The translations under genes were made by a program, and so were the position numbers. A DNA stretch of 64,000 nucleotides from the NCBI GenBank assembly GCA_000004985.1, contig GG738920.1; one strand, 5' to 3'. This DNA is from Naegleria gruberi (Eukaryota). Below, piece after piece: positions 35,070 through 46,604 of this stretch (the first letter of the stretch is position 1; the number at the start of each line of letters is the position of its first letter). A model generated the notes under the pieces. The model had not been told where the DNA came from and made no database searches. It saw nothing but the letters and a program-made list of their open reading frames with translations.

Positions 35070-36374
35070 ATGGCACAACAAGCAGCGACAGTGAATCATC
35101 TTGGATCGGATGTGTCTTCATCAGCACTGACCAATATAACAATGATCATGAATAATAGTACTACTGCCAACAATCAGAGTGGTATTGCTTCGGTCGTTGA
35201 ATTTTTATTCTATACACTTTATGATTATTGTTTTAATTCAATTTTTGGAATTATATTTAATATTGTCTTGATACTTTTGATCCAAACAAAAACTAGTGGA
35301 TACCTTACTGTTGAAAATCATTTACTTTACCGATTGAGAATGATTTTACCGGAGATGGGACAACAAACATCAAAGGTTATTAAAATTTCGACCATGAACG
35401 AAGCTGTTATTAAGACTTTGTACTTTTATAACGATCTAGATTATTTATTCTTTACATTTATGATTATGATTTTCTCATTGAAGAATGTTTACAATTATTT
35501 AGTTGTGATTATATTTTTAATTTTACTTTTTAGAATTTATACAAACATGTATCAGAAGAGGAGAAATATTCTGTATTATTTAACATTTGTAGTTTCATTC
35601 CTTTTATCCTTTATTTGTATGGATTACTTTAATGCATCTTGTGGAAATGAAATTGAACATCGTGCTATTTATTATATTAAGAATCATATCAAACATTACT
35701 TTTTTGTTTATGATGATCATTCTACGAGAGGAATGGCTAATGGTTGGTTATTGAATGTGTGGAACTTTTTATTTGAAAATTCCACCAACTTTAGTTTATT
35801 TTTATTCCTCTTTATTAATTTAATTGTTTCATATTTCCTGAATCTTGTAGTTGAATTTGATTATATAAGCAAGTGCCATATTTACTTTACCTCTTTCAAA
35901 GAGTATCATCATTTTGTAATTGGAGGAAAGTCATTCAAGGACAAGAAGATTTTCAATCTCTATTCTTTGGCCTCTAGATATCTCAGTCATTTCCAATTAC
36001 TAGTTTTACCATTATTGGTCTTCTTCTTGGATCATACGGAACACATTAAGGTTTCATTATTTTGTGCTCTCAATATTTTGATGCATTTCATTTACTTTAG
36101 GATTTACCTCAAGTCATACTTTATTTACAGAGCACTTCATTATAACAAGTACAAGCAACCTCAAAAGATGATTAATTTGGTCAAGTTTACAATTCTTTAC
36201 TCATTGAAGAATTTGATTGTTCCATTTATCTCAACTGTGTTACTGGCTCTCTATGTCATTACTGACTATAGTTGTGTTGTCTTTTACACCATTTACATCT
36301 ATTATGCAACAAGTGGTACTATTGGATTGCTGACCTACTTCTTTGTCAAAGCCTTCTCTCATAATTTGTTATAA
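35070..36374 (+). CDS. hypothetical multi-pass membrane protein
   Basis: 434-aa ORF (aaaaaATGgca) with at least 8 hydrophobic helices and no recognisable family motif. Confidence 0.35.
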   Translation: MAQQAATVNHLGSDVSSSALTNITMIMNNSTTANNQSGIASVVEFLFYTLYDYCFNSIFGIIFNIVLILLIQTKTSGYLTVENHLLYRLRMILPEMGQQTSKVIKISTMNEAVIKTLYFYNDLDYLFFTFMIMIFSLKNVYNYLVVIIFLILLFRIYTNMYQKRRNILYYLTFVVSFLLSFICMDYFNASCGNEIEHRAIYYIKNHIKHYFFVYDDHSTRGMANGWLLNVWNFLFENSTNFSLFLFLFINLIVSYFLNLVVEFDYISKCHIYFTSFKEYHHFVIGGKSFKDKKIFNLYSLASRYLSHFQLLVLPLLVFFLDHTEHIKVSLFCALNILMHFIYFRIYLKSYFIYRALHYNKYKQPQKMINLVKFTILYSLKNLIVPFISTVLLALYVITDYSCVVFYTIYIYYATSGTIGLLTYFFVKAFSHNLL

Positions 36375-37226
36375 ATCTGTTGAATCCTTAGAAGAATCTT
36401 TCTTTTTTTCATCCTTTTCCTTCATTAATGTTTGAATTTGTTTCCACTCATTTTGTTCCTTATGTCTCTTGGCTACCTTGTTTGGTTTTTCAGATTTCTT
36501 GACCTTTGTAGAGCTGATAAAGTTGTGAGTCTCTGCAGCCTTATTCTTGAGTAAATCTTCATCCTCATCACTTTCCTCATCCTCATCATTCAATGCAATG
36601 GATTTATCATGTTCCTCATCCTCATCATCAGAATCTTCCAAGAAGGAAAATTTCTTTTCCTTTCTCTTTCTCTTGTGTCCTGACTTTTCCTTTTGCACTT
36701 GTCTCTCCTTTAATTGATCCTTGAATGGAACATCATCGTCGTCATCAATATCATCAAATAATTTAATTTTCACTTCCTTTTGATTTTCATCATAAATTGC
36801 AGGTTTATCAACTAGTTCCTCATCATCCTCATCATCGAAAAGCTTTACTTCCACATCAACTTGTTTCTTTTCTCCCAACGAATGTTTCTCCTCCTGGGCA
36901 ACATATTCTGTTATATTGTTATTGTATTTTCCTTGAAGTTTTACATTGAAAATATCATCGAGAATGTTCATCACTTCCGGCTTGGCAAAAACTTCTTCCT
37001 TTTCAATTTGTAATTTGCTCATTCCATTCATCTGTTGTTGATTGTCATACTTTTTGTTTATAATTACGTTCGGAACCATTGATTTAATCTTATCCAATCC
37101 ATATACATAATTAACTTGATGAGTTTGAAAGGAATAGGAAGATGAATTTGTAGTTTTTCCTTCCAAGAGTTGCATAATCTGTGATCCGAGCGTTTTATGT
37201 AAAGATGCTTCCTGTAATCGAGACAT
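36369..37226 (-). CDS. acidic/lysine-rich (D/E/K low-complexity) hypothetical nuclear-type protein
   Basis: 285-aa ORF with ATG at 37224-37226. Long DEDDEE and KRKRKEKK tracts. Confidence 0.35.
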   Translation of the reverse strand: MSRLQEASLHKTLGSQIMQLLEGKTTNSSSYSFQTHQVNYVYGLDKIKSMVPNVIINKKYDNQQQMNGMSKLQIEKEEVFAKPEVMNILDDIFNVKLQGKYNNNITEYVAQEEKHSLGEKKQVDVEVKLFDDEDDEELVDKPAIYDENQKEVKIKLFDDIDDDDDVPFKDQLKERQVQKEKSGHKRKRKEKKFSFLEDSDDEDEEHDKSIALNDEDEESDEDEDLLKNKAAETHNFISSTKVKKSEKPNKVAKRHKEQNEWKQIQTLMKEKDEKKKDSSKDSTDL

Positions 37227-37246
37227 TTTTTAATATTTAATAAATC

Positions 37247-38101
37247 ATGGCTATATTAACAGCAATCAAAATGCTGCCAAATCATTCCAATGCTAATGTA
37301 CATACTGATAGTCAAGTTGCTATTGAAGTTTTAAAAAAGAGTTACAGAGGAGACTTTCAAGGATTTCAAGAAGAATTCTTTGGTACCATTAAGGATAAAC
37401 ATTTAAATATCCATCTAGTTAAAGTGAAAGGGCATGAAGATCCAGAGAATATTATAGTTGATAAATTAGCAAAAGAAGGTGCACAAGGACAAAATATGAT
37501 TGATATTACCAAACTATTATCCCAAAACCAAAAGATTTTAATTAATACTAATAAGAAAACAATCATCTTTGACTATAGAAAATACATCAAAGATATCCAG
37601 AGAAAAGAATATTTAGATATTGTTGAGGATAAATCTGACTTACCTTTTAACCAAAGTCAGTCCCTCACTAATATCAATTTGAAATATATGGATCAAAGAT
37701 TTGACACTGAAACCAAATTGTCAATTTGGAGAAACATGACCGACTCACATATTAGACAATTCCGTCAAGTTTATTGTGATAACTGTGAATGTGAAGTGGA
37801 TTTGGAACATTTCATATACTACTGTGAAGAAACCGAATGTTTTAGAAGATATTTCTTAACTAAATTCACGAATCTTACAGGAGCATCCTGTAAGCTTCGT
37901 CCCCATGACACTTTTTGGGATAGACACAATTCAATTCTCAATTTAAATCATAGAGGCTTTATTAAGGCTTTAAATATTATTTTAGTTAAATCCTATAATC
38001 CTAAAATCATTGATAATTGGCATGAAATTCAAAGTCTATTATCACTACTTGTTGGTAAAGCACACAGAAAATATTACTCATGTTCTCTTAATTCAAGATA
38101 A
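37247..38101 (+). mobile_element. retroelement-derived RNase H-like ORF (probable non-LTR retrotransposon remnant)
   Basis: RNase H signature HTDSQVAIEVL...HLVKVKGHEDPENIIVDKLAKEG, followed by a Cys/His-rich tail (CDNCECEVDLEHFIYYCEETEC). No RT domain upstream within 1 kb. Flanked by AT-rich low-complexity sequence (38100..38300). Confidence 0.45.
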
Positions 38102-38619
38102 TACCTCATGATCCTATTGGGATCAGCTACACTGAAATAAAATTTTTTAATATTTAATAATTTTATTTATTAATTTACAATATTAATAATTTAATTTCTT
38201 AATAATATAATAAATTAGCTTCATGTTCAACATTGATCAAAATTCTCCAAATATTTAATATTTTCATTTTACAAACCTTATCATCATGCTGTTTGAAGGT
38301 TAATTTACAAAGGATGCACAAATTATTCGAAATCCAAAAATAATCTTCAACATTGAAAGTTTGTGCTTGTTGGAATTTCGTATTTGAAATTATCATCCAA
38401 CATTTTCTTGAATTCAAACATCGTCGAGTGGTTTCCATTAAAATTGAAAGATCACTCTTCGAGCGCTTGGTTGAAGTCAACCAAAATTATTCCTCACGAA
38501 AGTTTACAAAATCTAAGGAAGCACAAAGTAATCTGTCCGCCTTCATCATGAGTATGAAATCCAATCTACTCTTTAAATAGTGAGAGTAGAGGTCAATATG
38601 AGTTTCCAACAAAAATAAA

Positions 38620-39747
38620 ATGTCTGATAATCAAACTACAAGTCAACTCAAAACTATTCCAAGCTACAAGTTGTTGGGATCAAGCGGATTGAGAGTTTCT
38701 CCAATTGCTTTGGGTACTGGTCACTTTGGCCACAATGCTGTCTTCTCCACTTCAATGGTATGTTAATATTTCATTGAATTTGTTTTATTAGAAAGTTTAT
38801 TCGAATAGGGTGTTGGATCCACAGACGAAGAAAATGAGAAAATCTTTTTAAGATACCTTCAAGCTGGTGGTAACTTCATCGATACTGCCAACTTGTATCA
38901 AGATGGTGAAAGTGAAAAACTCATTGGTCAACTCATCAAGAAACACAACATTGACAGAAATGAACTTGTCATTGCCACCAAATATTCCTTTAGTGTCAAT
39001 CAAAAACCAAACTCTGTTGGTAATCACAAGAAGAATCTTGTCCAATCTGTCAATGCCTCGCTCGACCGTTTACAAACTGATTATGTTGACGTGTTGTACA
39101 TTCACTATTGGGATTACACAGTTGACTCTCATCAAGTCATTAGAGCTTTGGATGATTTAGTCAAACAAGGTAAAGTCCTTCATATTGCCATTAGTAATAC
39201 TCCTGCATGGGAAGTAGCTCGTGCCAATTCATATGCTGAATTTCATGCACTTTCTCCATTTGTTTCGTATACTGGTAACTATTCCCTTTCTGATCGTTCA
39301 ATGGAGTTGGACATTATTCCAATGGCTCAAAAATTGAATATTGGAATTGTTCCATGGTCTGTATTGGGTGGTGGCAAATTGACAGGAAAACATCAAAGAG
39401 GTCAAGAAAAATCAAGACGTCCAGTTGTCAAATTTACTGAAAAGGATTTTGACATTCAAGATGTTCTCTTGGAAATTGCTAAAGAAACAGGTAGAACTGC
39501 AAGTCAAATTGCTATCAATTGGGTACTCAACAAACCATTTGTTTCAAGTACTTTGATTGGTCCTTCAACTTTGGAACAATTGGAAGATAACTTGAAGAGT
39601 TTGGAATTCAAGTTGACTGAAGAACAAATTGCTCGTTTGGATAAGGTTAGTGGTGATCAACTCACATCTGTATTTCCTTATAATTTTATTGGAAAGGAAT
39701 TTAATAATAGTCCATTCTCTCCAAAGACTTTCACTATTAATCAATAA
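38620..39747 (+). CDS. aldo/keto reductase (aryl-alcohol dehydrogenase / Kv-beta-like). join(38620..38757,38809..39747).
   Basis: A 51-nt GTATGT...AATAG intron joins exon 1 (MSDNQTT...GTGHFGHNAVFSTSM) to GVGSTDEENEKIFLRYLQAGGNFIDTANLY... Motifs from this family present: IATKY, HYWD, a GL-kink motif and IGPSTLEQLEDN. Confidence 0.7.
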
Positions 39748-39771
39748 ATTTTACAATAAAATGTTTGGATT

Positions 39772-41332
39772 TTACTTGTGGTACTGCTTTAAGAGTGCTA
39801 TGATGTCTGATCTTCCTCGTTTTTGAGCTATTCTAATGAGATCTGTTTCTAAATCAATGGTTGGAAAGGTCAGTAAAAGTCGAACGATTTCGGTAAACCC
39901 CTTTCCACAAGCAACTCCAATTGGTGTCTTTGGTAATTCGGTAAATATTAACATATATTCGAATACTTACATGCTTTATATTCATTTGTTTAATAATTCC
40001 AATGAATTTCTACTTACTTCGTTTGGCTTTGAAATTGTTACAAAAATTGTAATCAGAGAAAAATGTAAACTTACACCATAGTTGATATCAACTCGTGGAT
40101 CTTTAACTAGTAATCGAACAATTTCAATGTGTCCATAATTACATGCTGCATATAAAGGAGCCTAAATTATTCATTTCCACATCTTACTGAACTTGTTAAA
40201 TTTACTTACATCCTTATTGACATCAATTGAAGGCATTTCCATGAGAATTTTAACAATTTCCAGGTGACCAAACATACAAGCTCGCGAAAGAGCAGACTGT
40301 TACTATTGTTATACACTCAATGTTTGAAAAACTCACTTTCTATTCGAAAAGTTTAGTTTCGAAAAATCTGAGAGAAACTTACTCCCTTATTCAAACTAAT
40401 TCCAGGAATTTCAAGTAACATTTTTACAATTTCCAAATTACCAGTCTCACAAGCTCCATACAGTGCACTCTTCAACTTTTTTATCATTTCCCTCTTTTAA
40501 AAACTTACATACTATTACAATAGTTACAAAAAACTGGAATTTCACTTACATTCTGAAAGAGTTGGAAATTGAGATACGGATAAATTACTTACTCCATAAT
40601 TGACTTCAACTCCTTTTGTGGAGAGTAATAGCTTGACAATTTCAGTGCGTTCAGTTGAACACGCAGCAAATAGAGGTGACTTGTAATTGGTTAATTGGTT
40701 TCGAATATTGTTTCCACTTACAAACTTAATTAGTTCAGGATAAATTACATGTATTTAAGAAAATACTCACATTCTGTAATATTAATAGAAATCCCAACTC
40801 CTATAAAAACTTACTCCAAGCTGAAATAGACAAAATGTCAAAAATCTCATTTCTAATAAAAAGGTAACTTACAGACTTTGAACTTTAGAAAGAAAAACTC
40901 AACTCAACCTACATGCTAATCAAACAGTTATGAAATTCACCCATTCCCATTCAAACACTTACTCCCTTATTGACATCTATTTTTGGAATACTCAAAATAT
41001 GTTTTACAATTTCAATTTTTCCGCAATGACAAGCTTCATATAATGGAGTCTTGTTTTTTCATTTGGAATTTGAGTTCTGATTGTGTTTGTCTTCAACTTA
41101 CAAACTATTTTGTATGTAAATTTTCAAGATTGTTATTCGAATCCTTACCATGAGCTAGATATGAGTTTCATTGGAAATTGAAATTATATTCGAAACAAAC
41201 ATTATTGGTTGTTGAACGAAACAACTTGATATCCTTTATGGATTGAACTTTTTTCAAGTCTCCATTTCCGATGGCATCAAACAAGGATATTTCCTCTTCC
41301 ATTGGTTCTTCCTTCCTTTCGACATTTGACAT
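39772..41332 (-). CDS. ankyrin-repeat protein (7 repeats) encoded by 87-nt exons interleaved with 3/6/9-nt microexons
   Basis: Minus-strand exons: 41201..41332 (MSNVERKEEP...), microexons 41149..54 (low confidence) and 41102..04, then 40963..41049 (TPLYEACHCGKIEIVKHILSIPKIDVNKG). Microexons 40913..15, 40873..75, 40815..20, 40771..73, 40722..24, then 40593..40679 (SPLFAACSTERTEIVKLLLSTKGVEVNYG). Microexons 40550..52, 40509..11, then 40383..40469 (SALYGACETGNLEIVKMLLEIPGISLNKG). Microexon 40337..39, then 40210..40296 and 40075..40161. Microexons 40018..26, 39971..73, then 39772..39927 (TPIGVACGKGFTEIVRLLL...). Confidence 0.55.
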
Positions 41333-41468
41333 TTTTTTATTGACTTTGAAATAAGCTAATTTTCTAAGGAGATAAACCACTAATCATAACACATCACTAA
41401 TATTTAATTTTCTTTATTTACAACAATTACTTTCGAATATTTTACAATAAATCTGAACTATTCCTTAA

Positions 41469-43551
41469 CTATTCCTCATCAACAAGTGACTGATTAGAAT
41501 CCAACGATGCCAGTGTAGTACTACTACTACCAAATCCCATCTGTTTCTCAGCCAACTTTCTATAAATTCCCTTCTCCAAACCAATCAACTCCTTGTGCGT
41601 TCCAGCTTCCTTCAATTCTCCCTTTGCCAACACATAAATCACATCACAATTCTGAACAGTTGACAAACGATGAGCAATGGAAACTGATGTTCTTCCTTTC
41701 ATGAGAGTTTCAAGGGCTGCCTGAACTAGTGCTTCAGATTCAGTGTCGAGTGCTGAGGTTGCTTCATCTAAGAGGAGGATTTTTGGATTTTGTAAGAGAG
41801 CTCTTGCAATGGCAATACGTTGTTTTTGGCCACCTGAAAGGGAGACTCCCTTTTCACCCAGCATGGTGTCGTAGCCATTAGGGAGCTCGAGGATAAAGTT
41901 GTGGCAGTTGGCAGCTTTGGCAGCTTGTTCGATTTGATCTTGAGTGACATTTTCAATTCCAATGGCATAGGCTAGGTTTTCTCTAATGTTCATTGCAAAT
42001 AGAACAGGTTCTTGAGTTACAATGCCAACTATGTGAAAACAATATAGAACAAGACAAATGTCTAAAACTTACCATATTTGTGCAACCATTGAGGATCAAT
42101 TTCCTTAATGTTAACTCCGTCAATGAAAATTTCACCTTCTTGTGGATCATAATATCTTTCCAATAAACCAACAATTGTGGATTTTCCTGAACCAGATGGA
42201 CCAACCAAAGCAATCGATTGACCAACTCGGATATCAAGTGAGAAATCCTTAAGAACTGTCACATTTGGACGAGATGGATAATTAAATTTGACATTTCTGA
42301 ATTCTATTTTACCAACTTGTTCACCCAATTGTTTTCCACCTTTGAATGGAATAGCCGGTTCTCTCTTAATAACTTTCAATAAGGCAGTATGACTCATATG
42401 AGCTTTTGACATATCTGGAAGCATGATTAAAGCTTGGGATAAACCAAAAATACTAAAAATGGTTAAAATTAAGAAATTGTTAAATAATAAACATACGCAA
42501 AAATTAATAAACCAAACACCTTGACCAAATCACCAACTGTAATGACACCATCAGCTGCCAAATTACCACTTTAGGAAAATGTTAATTTCACAAAACTTAA
42601 TAGAGTTACAACTTACCCATACCAAAGAGCCAATGCAATTGTTCCCCAGGAAATGATATTTTCACTTGAAATACTGACACCTTGAATACTTGCTCTGATA
42701 ATTGCATACAAACGTAAACGTTTCAAAATATTGGCAAAGTTGACTTGTTCCTTTTCTTCACATCCCATGCTTTTCACAGTTTTGAATGAAGAAACAACTT
42801 CAGTGGCCTTTGCAGCACTCTTGGAAATGACAATATTGGATTTTCCAGTAAGAATCTCAGTAAACTTTCCTAAAATGACTGTAATGATCAACATTAATGG
42901 AACAGTTGACATCATGACAAGAGACATTTGCCAACTACTAATCAATGCAAGAATTAGACCAATTACAAACATTCCCAAATTGGACATGATCAATGAAAGT
43001 TTAGTAGTGTAAGCTTCTTGAATCTTGGCCACATCTTCACTCAATCCAATGGTCAATGCACCTGTTTGTTTCACATCAAAGAATCCGACATCTTGTCTTG
43101 TTAAGGCATTGAAATAGGCCTTTCTCAATGAAACTCCAATCAGCTCATTGGCCCAACTCAAAAAGAATTGAGCTATGAAACTTGCAGCCATACCACCAAT
43201 GGCCACTCCAGTGAATTTTATAGAAATGAGAGAAATGTCACTCTTAATCTTTTCAGTGGTTGGTAAATTGCCGTTCGAATCTGCTTGGAAAATGTTAATC
43301 AAATCACCAAATAGAAATTGAAACACCAAGAGAATGACACCATTTCCTAGCGAACCAATAATTCCCAAGAAGAGAAAGACCCAACTCCATCCAAAGATTT
43401 TGTAAATTCTCAAATGGTCATAAAAGTGAATCTTTGGTTCTCTTTCATCTTTGAGTTCCATAGAAAAATCATTCTTCTTTTTCTTGAATGGATTTCTACT
43501 TTTACGTGGTTGTTGTTGTTCAGTATTTACAGCTTGTTCAACTACTGTCAT
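41469..43551 (-). CDS. ABC transporter, B-family half-size (TMD-NBD). complement(join(41469..42028,42073..42452,42497..42568,42617..43551)).
   Basis: Six-helix TMD then NBD with Walker [10 protein letters not shown], signature LSGGQKQR, Walker [13 protein letters not shown] and H-loop SIAHRL. Three introns of 44-48 nt (GTAAGT/GTATGT...AG) restore one frame across four track ORFs. The track start 43581 is TTG. The first ATG is at 43551. Confidence 0.7.
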
Positions 43552-43939
43552 TTTGTTTTGTTGTTTGATTACATTGTTCAATACCCTGGTTGACTATTTA
43601 TACCATTTTTGATTTGTCCATGGTCATGCCGCGCACTTGGGTGTGAGCAGAAATTAAAGGAATGCAATAATGGACTTCGGCAATGAGATTCAAACTCCAA
43701 GGACATCCAAGGAGCAGTGTTGAGGAGTCGAGCATTTGAATACCGAAACCCAAGAGTTACAACCAAAATAGGTTAGCTAACCTATTCTACACTGCTTCTA
43801 AATGAAAATTGTTGGTAGTTAGATTGATGAACAATCCTTAATTGTGTAATGGTTTTAAAGAATTTTAAAATAAACAATAGTTGGCCATAAAAATAATAAT
43901 AATTAACGTTAGGTTCATTAGGTTTGGCAATTTAAAAAA

Positions 43940-45433
43940 TTAGTGAATAAATGTTAGATGACTATTGTGCTGATTTAACAGGCTTTCAATCTTTTCGAAA
44001 ACTTGAGAGAAGTGGAATGCTACTATACGGTATTTGGATTTGAGAGAGTTATACGCATGCAATTCCTTCCTCAGTAAATCGAGATAATTGATACCATTAT
44101 TGGTGATAATTCCACTATCCACTTTCTGCAAATGGTATTCAGCAGCATAAGAGACATGCAATAAAACTTCAAATGGTAAGAGTGAGAATCGAGGATGATC
44201 GAGAGATTGAGCAATGTAAAAAGCGCTCGCTTCAATAGAGAGTTCAATAATTGAAGATTTGGTAGTTTTTTTTGATAAGAGAGCAATTCTTGAGCCATTC
44301 TCTGCTAACCTATAGTAGAGGTCACTAAGCTCTGGATTTGTCTTGAATGGTGTATGTATTTTAGCTTGGGTGAGAATTAATTCGACCAGAGTCCAAACTT
44401 CCAAACAATTTTCTGAAGTAATTGGCTGTTTCAAACATGCATCCCAGCCAGCTGGCAAACTTGTACTATTAAATACAAATAAATCTGGAATAATATCAAG
44501 AAAATCTTCCACTGTCATTATTTGTTTCACATTTTGATCTACCTTGAAAACAATCTTCTCCAAATAAAATATTGCCTTCTTGACATTCAGTTGATATTCA
44601 TTGAGGGAGGCGTTAGGATTTTTAAATAAACTCTGCTTGAAAAAGAGTAAAATTCTAAAGTACAATTGTGCCTTATCAAGTCTCTCCTGTAAGAGTTCGT
44701 AAATGCACATGTGGAAATAGGCACCAGCAATATAGAAACTGGAATAATTAGCAAAAGAGTTAGAAAGATATCGTTTAGCAATACTGGCAGTCTCATCAGG
44801 TTGTTTTCCCTGTGTTATCTCACAAACAGTTTTGATTGAATAGAACAAGGCAGCCATTTCATTCATGAATGGTGTATCAAACTCTCCCTCAACCAGAGCA
44901 GAAATCTCCACAAACTTTTCCAATTCACTCCTCGATACGATGGGATGAGCAAAACAAGCCACTTCGAAATAAAAATCAACTATTTGCAATCGTTCACTTC
45001 TACTATTTACAATTTGATTAGAATTATTACTTTCGGGACTGCTATTTGATGAAGATGACGAAGATTTAATTGTTTGTTGTTCGGGTGGTGTTGATAATGA
45101 AGCTGATGATGATTGTGGAGGCTTTTGAAAAGGAAAGGTAAACATTGGAAAGCCTTGTTGTTGTTGAAATTCTTCCTGATGATGATGAGGAGTTGGCACT
45201 ACTTTCATAACAGTCATCATTTGATCCATTTCTTCATTATTCCTCTTTTTCCTCTTACCAGAACCATAAATACACTCAACACCTCTCATGACACACGAAT
45301 AACAACTTGGTTTTGTTTTGCTACATCGACGATGCTGGGACCTGCAGAACTGGCAGGAAATAGAAGAGACTTCTACTGGATTAAATTGTTGTTGTTGTTG
45401 TTGTTGCATTTTTTCTCTTACTATTAATAACAT
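43940..45433 (-). CDS. Zn(II)2Cys6 (GAL4-type) fungal zinc-cluster transcription factor
   Basis: CQFCRSQHRRCSKTKPSCYSCVMRGVEC fits C-x2-C-x6-C-x6-C-x2-C-x6-C. PolyQ N-terminus. Alternative ATG at 45409 (MQQQQQQQ). Confidence 0.65.
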   Translation of the reverse strand: MLLIVREKMQQQQQQQFNPVEVSSISCQFCRSQHRRCSKTKPSCYSCVMRGVECIYGSGKRKKRNNEEMDQMMTVMKVVPTPHHHQEEFQQQQGFPMFTFPFQKPPQSSSASLSTPPEQQTIKSSSSSSNSSPESNNSNQIVNSRSERLQIVDFYFEVACFAHPIVSRSELEKFVEISALVEGEFDTPFMNEMAALFYSIKTVCEITQGKQPDETASIAKRYLSNSFANYSSFYIAGAYFHMCIYELLQERLDKAQLYFRILLFFKQSLFKNPNASLNEYQLNVKKAIFYLEKIVFKVDQNVKQIMTVEDFLDIIPDLFVFNSTSLPAGWDACLKQPITSENCLEVWTLVELILTQAKIHTPFKTNPELSDLYYRLAENGSRIALLSKKTTKSSIIELSIEASAFYIAQSLDHPRFSLLPFEVLLHVSYAAEYHLQKVDSGIITNNGINYLDLLRKELHAYNSLKSKYRIVAFHFSQVFEKIESLLNQHNSHLTFIH

Positions 45434-45626
45434 AGTATTAGTTACGCTTTTACTTACATCTTACTACGAACTACTAATAAGAGGACGATAAGGTTTTGAT
45501 GATAAAATAAAATCTTCATTAAAAAATTAATCATCACCCGAACCTATTTAATAATAAATATTTATTCATCCATGATGATTGATTCTTCAATTAAAAATGG
45601 ACATGAAAAAGAAAAATTAAAAAAAA

Positions 45627-46421
45627 ATGAAAATCCTCGTCGGCTTGAAGCGTGTTATTGATTACAGTGTTTCCGTGAGAGTGAACAAGACTCTCACTGG
45701 CGTTGTTACTCAACAAGTTAAACATAGTATGAACCCATTCGATGATATTGCTCTTGAAGAAGGTATCCGAATTAAAGAAAAATTCAATTCACCAAAATTA
45801 ATTAGTGTTTCTATTGGTACCGATCAATGCCAAGAAATTTTGAGACAAGCTTTGGCTAAAGGAAGTGATGAAGCCATCCACGTTAAAACAGATTTTGATA
45901 GCGGAGAAGTTCAACAATGGATTTCACCTTTACAAGTTGCTCACATTCTTCGTCGTATTGTTGAAGAAAATCAAATTGATTTAGTCTTGTTGGGTAAACA
46001 ATCTATTGATAGTGATAATGGACAAGTTGCCCAATTACTTGCCAGCATGCTTGGTACTCAACAAGCTACTTTCATCAGCAAATTAAAACCAACCAGTGAG
46101 GAAGGAAAGGAATTTGAAATTGAAAGAGAAATTGATGGTGGACTTGAATCTCTTATGCTCAATGGTAAGCCATCTGTTATTAGTTGTGATTTGAGATTGA
46201 ATGAACCTCGTTTTGCCAATTTGAAGGCCATCATTCAAGCCAAGAAGAAACCATTGACTACTCTCAACTATTCCGATCTTGTCAAAGGAACTGAATTCGA
46301 AGAATCTCAATTGGAATATGTTCAAATTACTGAACCAAAGGCCAAGACTGGATCATGCGTTTTTGTTGAAAATGCAGAACAATTAGTGGATAAATTGAAG
46401 AATGAAGCTAAAATTTTGTAA
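45627..46421 (+). CDS. ETFB: electron transfer flavoprotein beta subunit
   Basis: MKILVGLKRVIDYSVSVRV...MNPFDDIALEEGIRIKEK...LVLLGKQSIDSDNGQVAQLLA is a strong match to the ETF-beta family. 264 aa, single exon, aaaaaaaATG. Confidence 0.8.
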   Translation: MKILVGLKRVIDYSVSVRVNKTLTGVVTQQVKHSMNPFDDIALEEGIRIKEKFNSPKLISVSIGTDQCQEILRQALAKGSDEAIHVKTDFDSGEVQQWISPLQVAHILRRIVEENQIDLVLLGKQSIDSDNGQVAQLLASMLGTQQATFISKLKPTSEEGKEFEIEREIDGGLESLMLNGKPSVISCDLRLNEPRFANLKAIIQAKKKPLTTLNYSDLVKGTEFEESQLEYVQITEPKAKTGSCVFVENAEQLVDKLKNEAKIL

Positions 46422-46604
46422 AGAGGAGTTAATTTTGTATAAAAAAATGATGTTTAATGATTTGTAAAATTGAGTTGTTTTAATAGTATGTTTTATTAAT
46501 ATTTTTGCTTTTTGACAAACAATTAAAGCATCTTGTAATTATTCCTCAGTTCTTCCAGTTTTTTCAGTTTGGCGCCCAAAATGTAAATTAAAGCAAGAGA
46601 AAAA

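Noticed and set aside
41983-42237. 84-aa ORF overlapping the ABC transporter in another frame
   Set aside because: It spans an intron/exon boundary of the ABC gene (intron 42029..42072). It is an alternative-frame artefact.
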